UHGV virus genome: UHGV-0110025
Length of the DNA: 30,952 nt
Reading direction: 5' to 3' (one strand)
Origin: a virus
Part shown: positions 1-7,213 of the stretch, in pieces
Layout: the number at the start of each line of letters is the position of its first letter
Position numbering within the stretch: position 1 is the stretch's first letter
Position numbers and translations under genes: made by a program
Notes under the pieces: model-generated
Told to the model about the DNA's origin: nothing
The model's input: only the letters and a program-made list of their open reading frames with translations
The model's database searches: none

Positions 1-49
1 CATATAAAACAATTAGTTAATGCAATTTTTAATGCAGTGAATTGCAGCG

Positions 50-1099
50 TTACGCAACCTCTGCCGCCACGTTGTCGCCAATACACAGTGACAACGGATT
101 CAAGGTGACAGCTTGTTCAAGATGGTCAGGAGCAAAGTGCGCATACTTCATTGTTTCACGAATATTTGCGTGACCGAGTATCTTCTGGAGTACAAGGATA
201 TTGCCGCCATTCATCATAAAATGCGCGCCAAAGGTGTGACGTAAAACGTGCGTTTTCTGCCCTTCAGTCAATTCAATGTTTGTGAGTTTGAGCATCTTCT
301 TAAAGTCCTGATAGCAGGGCTTGAACATTCTTCCCTGACGTTCGGACAACTCGTCATACAGCCATTTAGGAATCGGAACCGTGCGATTCTTCTTACCTTT
401 GGTTTTGGTGAAAGTCAGCTTGCAGGGGGAAAGTTGGGGACGTGTAAGTCTCTCAGCTTCTCCCCATCGTGCGCCAGTAGCCAGGCACACCTTAACAATC
501 ATAGTAAGATTTTCTTTGCCATATTGTTCACAGGCTCGGAACAGCTCCGGGAGCTGAGACAAAGTTAGCCAGGACATTTCTTTCTCAGCTTCTTTGAATA
601 CACGAATCCCGTCCAGTGGATTGGGTAAACTCCATTCACCTAATCGCCGCAGTTCATTGAACACAGCTTCGAGGTATTGCTGTTCGCGATTGACAGTTAT
701 AGGTTTGGCGATCCATTTCGCCGGGTCTTTGTGATAGCCGTTGTCTATTTCGCCACGTAATCGACGGTCACGGTAATGAGCCCAATCTTTAGCGGTAAGA
801 CGAGATGCAATAGGGTCGCCCAACCCGTTACATACAATTTGAAGCTTAGCTAACCGCGACTTACTGGCGACCAACGCCTGTCCATGTAAATTATGCCAAA
901 GCTGGATAATCTCACTTAAGCGTCGGCGGTCTTCTTTCTTGCCGAGCCACGGCTTATCTTCACTCTCGCTTTTCGTAAATGCTTCGAATGCCTCGGCCTC
1001 ACCTTTGGTATTGAATTGCCGACGTATTCGCCGCCCTTCTCGCCCATTAGGATAAAGCTCACATAACCATTTGCCATTTTTTTGCTTACTTATAGTCAT
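50..1099 (-). CDS. int: Tyrosine-recombinase integrase (P2/186 Int family)
   Basis: ORF 50..1147 trimmed to the ATG at 1099. This gives the conserved Int N-terminus MTISKQKNGKWLCELYPNGREGRRIRR. Catalytic signature present: ATGARWGE, HVLRHTF, LGHANIRETMKYAH. Lies last in the leftward lysogenic operon. Confidence 0.93.
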   Translation of the reverse strand: MTISKQKNGKWLCELYPNGREGRRIRRQFNTKGEAEAFEAFTKSESEDKPWLGKKEDRRRLSEIIQLWHNLHGQALVASKSRLAKLQIVCNGLGDPIASRLTAKDWAHYRDRRLRGEIDNGYHKDPAKWIAKPITVNREQQYLEAVFNELRRLGEWSLPNPLDGIRVFKEAEKEMSWLTLSQLPELFRACEQYGKENLTMIVKVCLATGARWGEAERLTRPQLSPCKLTFTKTKGKKNRTVPIPKWLYDELSERQGRMFKPCYQDFKKMLKLTNIELTEGQKTHVLRHTFGAHFMMNGGNILVLQKILGHANIRETMKYAHFAPDHLEQAVTLNPLSLCIGDNVAAEVA

Positions 1100-1121
1100 A
1101 ATGTCACCGAGGCAACTCTTA

Positions 1122-1460
1122 TCATTCGCAAAGTGCTGTCGCAGCATCCATTACGGGATCCAAAGGAATTTTTACTCCTTCATAATCCGGGCTATCTTTC
1201 CAAACAGTATCAATATCGCTCCCCTCAAGCTTTCCAGACTTTACACCATCAATAGCAAACCCATTTAATGGGTATCGGTCATCTGTTGCTTTGTCGTACA
1301 CAAAGGCATATCTACCATTAACACAAGACACCGTAGCTTTTTCAAAAGTTAACGGCCAATCATCACCAAACTTAGCACCGTCTAAATCCTGTGTTTTTTC
1401 AGCGGCTGATGCACCGAAAGAAAGTGAAAGAAATAAAGCTAAAAAAAGCTTACGTTTCAT
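1122..1460 (-). CDS. Secreted/periplasmic DUF2511 (YebY-like) protein, cargo gene between repressor and int
   Basis: ORF 1122..1532 trimmed to the ATG at 1460. N-terminus MKRKLFLALFLSLSFGASAAE is a classic Sec signal peptide. The mature part (two Cys, YPLNG motif) resembles E. coli YebY/DUF2511 from memory. More AT-rich than its neighbours. Starts 9 nt after the repressor stop. Confidence 0.7.
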   Translation of the reverse strand: MKRKLFLALFLSLSFGASAAEKTQDLDGAKFGDDWPLTFEKATVSCVNGRYAFVYDKATDDRYPLNGFAIDGVKSGKLEGSDIDTVWKDSPDYEGVKIPLDPVMDAATALCE

Positions 1461-1468
1461 AATGTCCC

Positions 1469-2305
1469 TTATACGTGTTTTTCCAATGTGAAAATTACAG
1501 CACCTACTGGTGTGATATCTGTAATGCTGCATTCAAACTCGGCAGACTTATTTGACAACCTGACTTTTCCGCCGGGAAGACGAATTACATCAAAAACATC
1601 AAGAGCGCCGTCAATATCAATTAACCAACGCCCATTACTTATGTTCGAAGCAGAACGGTTGACAAGCCAAGAGGCTCCAACACCTTCAACAAAAATCAAC
1701 TCCTCTGAGTCAGAGGGTATCATCGAGGGGTCTGGATGCCATTCGCCAGCGTCCTTAAGCTCACCCGCTTCAAGGCGAAATTTTTTAATTGAAAAACTTG
1801 ATGTGACCATTTCTCTGTTAGTTCGCATTTGCCCCTTGCCGGTTGCTAACCATTCCAGCGAAACACCAGTATCAAGGGCACAAGTAACAACTACATCGCC
1901 TGGGAAAAAATCACGCCGAACCCATGTGCTAATTGTTCCAGATGATATACCGAGTAAATCACCCAGCTCCTTTTGCATAGAAAAACCGTAAGCATCAAGG
2001 ATGCGTCTCAGAACAGGTTTACCACCTGAAGCCATGACCTTTTCATAAAGCTCTTTGCCCTTCAGGGTCGCACGTGAAGAGTTTGCTTTTGCAAGCTCCC
2101 CTGTCACTAACCATCCGATATCTGCGCCCGTTTCAATAGCACATTCAACAAATACATTGCCCGGAACGCTATCTCTGGCAAGCCAACTGCTTATGTTGTT
2201 GGCATAAATACCAAGTTTTTCGCCAAGTTCTTTTTGCGAGCTAAGTCCATAAGCCGAAAGGATTCTTTCGATAGCCGGAGCCGCACCATCTCCAAATTTA
2301 GCCAT
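1469..2305 (-). CDS. cI: Immunity repressor, 186 CI-like, with tandemly duplicated N-terminal HTH domain
   Basis: aa ~10-72 and ~97-157 are two copies of one motif: RIL.AYG.S.QKELG..LGI....IS.W..RD..PG.V.V.CA..TG....WL.TG, matching the 186 CI HTH type. A ~115-aa C-terminal domain follows (WLIDIDG...LPGGK). Divergent from the apl/cII operon. SD GGTGG upstream of the ATG. Confidence 0.85.
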   Translation of the reverse strand: MAKFGDGAAPAIERILSAYGLSSQKELGEKLGIYANNISSWLARDSVPGNVFVECAIETGADIGWLVTGELAKANSSRATLKGKELYEKVMASGGKPVLRRILDAYGFSMQKELGDLLGISSGTISTWVRRDFFPGDVVVTCALDTGVSLEWLATGKGQMRTNREMVTSSFSIKKFRLEAGELKDAGEWHPDPSMIPSDSEELIFVEGVGASWLVNRSASNISNGRWLIDIDGALDVFDVIRLPGGKVRLSNKSAEFECSITDITPVGAVIFTLEKHV

Positions 2306-2315
2306 GTATCGCCAC

Positions 2316-2363
2316 CAAAATTAATTTTCGCCATTGCAAAATTAAATTTCGCGAACTAAAGTG
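2316..2363. promoter_or_regulatory. Early switch region: two AT-rich operator-like repeats plus a candidate rightward early promoter
   Basis: CAAAATTAATTTTCGC (2316-2331, containing the perfect 12-bp palindrome AAAATTAATTTT) is repeated as CAAAATTAAATTTCGC (2337-2352), offset 21 bp. TTGCAA (2335-2340), 17-nt spacer, TAAAGT (2358-2363) is a plausible sigma70 promoter towards apl. The leftward repressor promoter could not be placed confidently. Confidence 0.45.
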
Positions 2364-2425
2364 ATGATTATCAACCACGATGCACATCAATGCAGTTCAC
2401 TACAAACAACAGGAGATAATGCGAT

Positions 2426-2797
2426 ATGTCAGATGCAAAATCAATCTCGACGCATGATTCGCAAAACTCACAAAATCAAACTGTGCTGTTAGATCCGGCT
2501 CAGTTTGATGCCATCGTTACCGCTATGCTGCCAGCTCTGCAGACAATGATCCGCTCCGCTATGTCAGACACAATGACAGTGAAAGACTTTGCCGCCACTC
2601 GCGGTGTAAGCGAGCGTCTGGTCTGGCAATGGCTTGATGAGGGAATCCTCCTCAAAGCTCCAACTAAAGACTTTTCCAACAAGGAAGAGGCTGGAAAACG
2701 AAGCCGCACCCTCGTAAACGTGAAAGCATGGCGCGACAAACTAACCCAGCAAGCGATTGATTGTCGCTACATCGACCACCGCATCGCTCTTAACTGA
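2426..2797 (+). CDS. Apl/Cox-like excisionase and switch regulator (HTH), with a long N-terminal extension
   Basis: First gene of the rightward early operon, the position of 186 apl and P2 cox. AGGAG SD lies 11 nt upstream. C-terminal two-thirds (MTVKDFAATRGVSERLVWQWLDEGILLKAP...VNVKAW) looks like a Cox/Apl-type HTH. At 123 aa it is longer than Apl/Cox (~90 aa). Confidence 0.6.
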   Translation: MSDAKSISTHDSQNSQNQTVLLDPAQFDAIVTAMLPALQTMIRSAMSDTMTVKDFAATRGVSERLVWQWLDEGILLKAPTKDFSNKEEAGKRSRTLVNVKAWRDKLTQQAIDCRYIDHRIALN

Positions 2798-2829
2798 ATT
2801 TGATTATGCAAGTTAGAGGGAATTTAACC

Positions 2830-3339
2830 ATGTTTGATTTTCAGATTTCTAAACATCCTCACTATGACGAAGCGTGCCGGGCTTTTGCGCAGCGTCACAA
2901 CATGGCGAAGCTGGCCGAGCGTGCGGGTATGAACGTTCAAACGTTACGTAACAAGCTCAACCCAGAACAGCCTCACCAATTCACACCGCCTGAATTGTGG
3001 CTGCTGACTGACCTGACCGAAGACTCAACCCTCGTTGATGGCTTTCTGGCGCAAATACATTGTCTGCCATGCGTGCCGGTTAATGAGCTGGCTAAAGAGA
3101 AATTGCAGTCTTATGTGATGCGCGCAATGAGTGAACTCGGCGAACTGGCGAGCGGTGCGGTATCAAATGAACGTATGACCTCTGACCGCAAACACAGCAT
3201 GGTTGAGAGTGTTAATGCAGGCATCCGCATGTTGTCTCTGTCGGCGCTGGCGTTACAGGCGCGTCTACAGGCTAACCCGGCAATGTCGAGCGTGGTTGAT
3301 ACCATGACCGGCATCGGCGCAACATTTGGTTTGGTATGA
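2830..3339 (+). CDS. cII: Phage 186 CII-type lysogeny establishment regulator
   Basis: ORF 2800..3339 trimmed to the ATG at 2830 (SD AGAGGG). MFDFQISKHPHYDEACRAFAQRHNMAKLAERAGMNVQTLRNKLNPEQPHQFTPPELWLLTDL is, from memory, close to 186 CII. Confidence 0.9.
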   Translation: MFDFQISKHPHYDEACRAFAQRHNMAKLAERAGMNVQTLRNKLNPEQPHQFTPPELWLLTDLTEDSTLVDGFLAQIHCLPCVPVNELAKEKLQSYVMRAMSELGELASGAVSNERMTSDRKHSMVESVNAGIRMLSLSALALQARLQANPAMSSVVDTMTGIGATFGLV

Positions 3340-3346
3340 GGTGTTT

Positions 3347-3547
3347 ATGCTGAAAAATGAACCCTCATTCGCATCTCTGCTCGTTAAACAAAATCCAGGT
3401 ATGCATTACGGTCACGGCTGGATCGCGGGTAAAGATGGTAAGCGCTGGCACCCGTGCCGCTCTCAGTCTGATTTACTGGCTGGCCTCTCTACTCAAAAGC
3501 TGGGGGAATCATGGCTATCGAAGCTGTTTCCGCGACTATTCCGCTAA
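3347..3547 (+). CDS. fil: 186 Fil-like small early protein
   Basis: ATG at 3347 preceded by GAGGTG. MLKNEPSFASLLVKQNPGMHYGHGWIAGKDGKRWHPC resembles 186 Fil. Position immediately after cII. Confidence 0.65.
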   Translation: MLKNEPSFASLLVKQNPGMHYGHGWIAGKDGKRWHPCRSQSDLLAGLSTQKLGESWLSKLFPRLFR

Positions 3548-3849
3548 AAGCGGGTGAACGTCTGGCCGGTCTCAATCATGTAGCTGAATTGCGCGCGAGA
3601 TATTGGGGCGATAGTTGGAAAGAGGTTGAGCGCTTTGTCGATGATATGCGCGATAAACGTGACTCTCAATTTGAAGAAAATAATCGGGCGCTGGCCGCTA
3701 TTTTCTTTCTGGCAAAAATACCGGCGGCTCGTCATGAGCTCGAATTAAGTGAGCTGACTACTGACGAGAAAAAAGCGCTTATTACAGCGATGAATCATTT
3801 TCGTGCAGTAGTGAGCTTATTTCCCAAACGGCTAACCATGCCGAATTAA
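3511..3849 (+). CDS. Hypothetical early-operon protein (position of 186 dhr/CP79-type genes)
   Basis: 112-aa ORF with a GGGGGA SD. Same strand and context as the early operon. No motif recognised. Confidence 0.55.
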   Translation: MAIEAVSATIPLKAGERLAGLNHVAELRARYWGDSWKEVERFVDDMRDKRDSQFEENNRALAAIFFLAKIPAARHELELSELTTDEKKALITAMNHFRAVVSLFPKRLTMPN

Positions 3850-3915
3850 CCAAAACAGAAATTAATGGCGTAAACCCGCCGGGCATTTTATTGCCCAAAA
3901 TCAGGAGAGTTAGTT

Positions 3916-4143
3916 ATGCGTAATACCGAACCCCGTAGTTTTAATACTGATAGTGACACGCTGGCCGTGCTGCTGACAGATGCAAAAAAAGAAGAACGCA
4001 AAGACCGCGCACTCGCCGTTTCAATCCGTCTTGAGGCGCTGGCTATCCATATCACTAAAGAGGGCATGAACGGCACCGAAGCCGCTGAACTGCTGCGCCG
4101 TGAGGCCACCCGCTACGAAAACGAATCACAGGAGCTGCACTAA
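3916..4143 (+). CDS. Small early protein, DUF2732-like
   Basis: 75-aa ORF with AGGAG SD. The stop overlaps the next start (TAATG). Conserved position upstream of the TraR-like gene in P2-like phages. Confidence 0.6.
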   Translation: MRNTEPRSFNTDSDTLAVLLTDAKKEERKDRALAVSIRLEALAIHITKEGMNGTEAAELLRREATRYENESQELH

Positions 4144-4364
4144 TGGCCGACGCAATGGATTTAGCACAACTGCGCGAGCAGGAAGACCGCGAGCGCCACA
4201 TCAGCAACGCGCGCAGCCGTATAGCAGCGTCCTCTCCTTTCCTCTGCGAAGAATGTGACTCACCAATCCCGGAAGCTCGCCGTGCTGCAATTCAGGGGGT
4301 GGCATTTTGCGTGACTTGTCAGCAAATCGCAGAGCTAAAAAACAAACACTATCGGGGGGTATAA
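4143..4364 (+). CDS. TraR/DksA-family C4 zinc-finger protein
   Basis: CEECDSPIPEARRAAIQGVAFCVTC is a CxxC-N17-CxxC finger typical of phage TraR-like proteins located just upstream of gene A. Confidence 0.85.
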   Translation: MADAMDLAQLREQEDRERHISNARSRIAASSPFLCEECDSPIPEARRAAIQGVAFCVTCQQIAELKNKHYRGV

Positions 4365-4365
4365 A

Positions 4366-6588
4366 TTGGCTGTTCAATTCGCTTATCCGTGGAATGCTCC
4401 ACGATCGGCTATAGCCAGCCCATACCTTACTTATAAGCAACAGCATCGCCGCGACCGTATGTTCGCGGCGATGCTGCATGCTAAAAAGGTGCTTTCTCTC
4501 CAGCCCGACTGCGTGCGGTTAGATGTTTATCGCACTGCGGCAGTGCTGGAGCAAAATCAGGGCATTCAACGAGCCAATGCCTTTTTGATCAGCTTCTGCA
4601 AAAAGGCATTGCCGCGTCTTGAATTGGTCGCAAAAAAATACGAATGCGCGGGTATCAACAGCAAGGTATCAACCTCTGTTTTTGGAAGTCATTTTGATAC
4701 CCAGCTTATGCAATATCTGGCGTCACGCATGGTTAATATGGTCGCCCGATATAACCGCCTCCCGGATATGTCGCGCGCTGATGTTGACCTGTTGGCCGCC
4801 GATATTGCTAATTTCATTCGTGGTGAACTTGCCAACATTAATGACCACGGATTCGGCGAGCTTAAAACGCTGTACACCTGGTATAATCGTGCTGGCTTTA
4901 TTTCCCTCCAGTTCAACGTTATCCCCCCCCATTGGGATCGGGTTGCAAAAAAATATGTTGGCGCGGATGAAATCGCACCGGCTATCGCCAAGATGTTTAA
5001 CGATGGGTGGTGGCGTGGTCGTTTGCGCCGGGTTGCAGCTACGTGGCGCGAACACCTGCAAATTGCAGTCGGCAACGTCAGCAAGAAAAAAAACACCTAT
5101 GCGAGTAAAAACTGCGTGACTGACTGGCGTGAACAAAAGCGCCGAACTCGTGAATTTCTCAAAGGTCTGGATCTCGAAGACGAAGACGGCAACCGTATCA
5201 GCCTGATTGAAAAATATGATGGCTCAGTTGCTAACCCTGCGATTCGCCGCTGTGAGCTCATGACTCGCATTCGTGGGTTTGAAAACATCTGTAATGAGCT
5301 CGGTTATGTCGGTGAGTTTTACACTCTGACCGCGCCGTCGAAATATCACGCCACGACTAAAGCCGGTTACCGTAACAGCAAATGGAGCGGTGCCTGCCCG
5401 GCTGACACGCAAAACTATCTAACTGATATCTGGGCGCGTATCCGTGCCAAACTGCATCGGGAAGATGTCCGTATTTTCGGTATTCGTGTCGCCGAGCCCC
5501 ATCACGACGGTACTCCACACTGGCACATGCTGATGTTCATGCTGCCGGAAGATGTTGAATATGTTCGCTCCATCGTCCGTAAATACGCGTGGAAAGAAGA
5601 CCGCCGCGAACTGAAAAGCGATAAGGCAAAAAAAGCACGTTTCCACGCCGAGTCCATTGACCCGGAGAAAGGCAGCGCAACCGGCTATGTTGCTAAATAC
5701 ATATCAAAAAATATCGACGGTTATGCTCTCGATGGTGAAACCGATAATGAAAGCGGTGAACTGCTGAAAGAGACAGCCCCCGCCGTTTCAGCATGGGCTT
5801 CGCGCTGGCACATCCGTCAGTTTCAGTTTATCGGTGGTGCGCCGGTGACGGTTTACCGTGAGTTGCGTCGCCTCGCTGATACCGAAACCGCGCACGGACT
5901 GAGCGTTGAGTTTGCCGCCGTCCATGATGCCGCCGACGCTGGTGACTGGGCTGGTTATGTTAATGCGCAGGGTGGACCGTTTGTCCGTCGCGATGATTTA
6001 CAGGTGCGCACACTGTATGAACCACGTACCGAGCTTAATCAGTACGGTGAGGAAACGGTATGTATTAAGGGGGTCTACGATTCCTCCATAGGTGCAGGTA
6101 GCCCGATTTTAACCCGGCTCACTCAGTGGAAGATTGTTCCGAAGCATGCTGTTGATTTGGCCGTTGACCTTCAGGACGGCAAAGCCGTCCCTCGGAGTTC
6201 TGTCAATAACTGTACGGGAAGTGAAAGCGATCCACCGATACTGGATTTAACAAAACCACAGAGTCGGCGCGAAAGACGAGAGCTGACCAACCGACTCAGG
6301 AAGCAAAAACCAGCAATACGGCGAAAATTCGTCCACGGAATGGATGAGCAAAACGCAGCTATAGCGAAAACTATCGACGAGATACATCTGACAACCAGCA
6401 TCACAATCAGCCGGGGCGAAGCCCTGCACCTGATGGCAGGTGGGAAAAGCTGTTTTGATGGCAAATGGCTAAGGGGAACATCCAAAGGGGAGATATTTTC
6501 CACTGTCCCATCGAACCAAGCTAAAGCTAGTAAAATCCTCAATCGTGTTGCAGCGTTGGTAGAAGCATCAAAGTTAATAGATGATTAA
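4366..6588 (+). CDS. A: Replication initiation endonuclease gpA (rolling-circle HUH nickase)
   Basis: 740-aa ORF. HUH motif EPHHDGTPHWHMLMF and active-site Tyr region GYVAKYISKNIDG. Start as given is a TTG at 4366, immediately after the upstream stop; a downstream ATG start is possible. Confidence 0.92.
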   Translation: MAVQFAYPWNAPRSAIASPYLTYKQQHRRDRMFAAMLHAKKVLSLQPDCVRLDVYRTAAVLEQNQGIQRANAFLISFCKKALPRLELVAKKYECAGINSKVSTSVFGSHFDTQLMQYLASRMVNMVARYNRLPDMSRADVDLLAADIANFIRGELANINDHGFGELKTLYTWYNRAGFISLQFNVIPPHWDRVAKKYVGADEIAPAIAKMFNDGWWRGRLRRVAATWREHLQIAVGNVSKKKNTYASKNCVTDWREQKRRTREFLKGLDLEDEDGNRISLIEKYDGSVANPAIRRCELMTRIRGFENICNELGYVGEFYTLTAPSKYHATTKAGYRNSKWSGACPADTQNYLTDIWARIRAKLHREDVRIFGIRVAEPHHDGTPHWHMLMFMLPEDVEYVRSIVRKYAWKEDRRELKSDKAKKARFHAESIDPEKGSATGYVAKYISKNIDGYALDGETDNESGELLKETAPAVSAWASRWHIRQFQFIGGAPVTVYRELRRLADTETAHGLSVEFAAVHDAADAGDWAGYVNAQGGPFVRRDDLQVRTLYEPRTELNQYGEETVCIKGVYDSSIGAGSPILTRLTQWKIVPKHAVDLAVDLQDGKAVPRSSVNNCTGSESDPPILDLTKPQSRRERRELTNRLRKQKPAIRRKFVHGMDEQNAAIAKTIDEIHLTTSITISRGEALHLMAGGKSCFDGKWLRGTSKGEIFSTVPSNQAKASKILNRVAALVEASKLIDD

Positions 6589-6648
6589 TTTACATCCATA
6601 TCATGCACATACAATACCTGCATGATTCACTTTTTCTCTTCCCATCAT

Positions 6649-6682
6649 TTGCTAATACGTGATACTGTACAAATATACAGTT
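6649..6682 (+). promoter_or_regulatory. LexA-repressed promoter (SOS box), equivalent to 186 p95
   Basis: TACTGTACAAATATACAGTT at 6663-6682 matches the LexA consensus TACTGTATATATATACAGTA at 17/20, with a perfect CTGT-N8-ACAG core. TTGCTA (6649-6654) is a good -35 and the box overlaps the AT-rich -10 area. GGGAGGG SD and an ATG follow at 6703. Confidence 0.75.
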
Positions 6683-6702
6683 ATCATATTGGGAGGGATT
6701 TC

Positions 6703-6888
6703 ATGGTTGGGGAACATTTCAGCCGAACGCAGCAAAAGTGGGCTTGTGTGCAATTCATTGCCGAGATATCTCTGGTTGCAAACTGCAAGCCAGCAGACTT
6801 AAAGCTTGCGCTTACTCTCATTGCTGATCTGGCAAACAGCGAAAACAACGAAGAACCAGAAAATGAAGTCTTTTATAAGGCTGAATAG
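6703..6888 (+). CDS. Small acidic-tailed protein, first ORF of the SOS operon
   Basis: ORF 6622..6888 trimmed to the ATG at 6703, because the LexA box and promoter lie inside the longer version and GGGAGGG sits 6 nt upstream of 6703. It is in the same reading frame as the next ORF, separated only by TAG-GTT. Confidence 0.5.
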   Translation: MVGEHFSRTQQKWACVQFIAEISLVANCKPADLKLALTLIADLANSENNEEPENEVFYKAE

Positions 6889-6891
6889 GTT

Positions 6892-7148
6892 ATGAAAATT
6901 AATCTCACATTGGATAAGAAACAAAAACTAGGCCGACCGGTTATTGATGCCTTTCAATGCGAATTGACCAAGAGGACACTGTCTATTTTTCCGTCAACAT
7001 GTGGTGCCGTCAAGAGAGCACTATGAGTGGTGCTGAGTTGATGGAGTTTGATATAGATTCAGATCGCGAGGCGCTTGATGGTATTCTCCAAGAAATCTGG
7101 GAAGACGAGCAGTTGGCGGTAGTTAATGACAGAATGTGCAGACCATAA
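6892..7148 (+). pseudogene. DinI/Tum-like (antirepressor-type) gene split by a -1 frameshift
   Basis: 6892..7026 encodes MKINLTLDKKQKLGRPVIDAFQCELTKRTLSIF..., like the DinI N-terminus MRIEVTIAKTSPLPAGAIDALAGELSRRIQYAF. The -1 frame from ~6990 to 7148 encodes SVNMWCRQESTMSGAELMEFDIDSDREALDGILQEIWEDEQL, like the DinI C-terminus (...ISEILQETWESADDW). The frames switch at the T5 run 6986-6990. Confidence 0.6.
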
Positions 7149-7194
7149 CCCTATGTCTAGTTGCACGGAGGTTAGAAAAAATGCTGTCCGAATT

Positions 7195-7213
7195 AGCCCT
7201 CTCTCAGAGGGCT
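7195..7213 (+). terminator. Stem-loop after the SOS operon, possible terminator
   Basis: AGCCCTCT-ctc-AGAGGGCT is a perfect 8-bp stem. No immediate U-tract; a T5 run starts 17 nt downstream. Flanked by the direct repeat AAAAATGCTGT (7176-7186 and 7220-7230). Confidence 0.35.

Noticed and set aside
3868-3900. A small GC stem (GGGCA-ttttat-TGCCC) between early genes, considered as a possible terminator.
   Set aside because: It is only a 5-bp stem followed by an A-run rather than a U-tract, and it sits in the middle of an operon whose downstream genes (A) must be expressed.
248-6542. Shadow ORFs in the early region, e.g. 248..568, 1071..1268, 1488..1991, 2500..2739, 4619..5119, 4689..5096, 4723..5136, 6171..6542.
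   Set aside because: All overlap int, the repressor or gene A on the other strand or in another frame, and show no features of real genes.
6622-6702. The longer 88-aa version of the first SOS-operon ORF.
   Set aside because: The LexA box and promoter lie inside this extension. The strong GGGAGGG SD serves the ATG at 6703.
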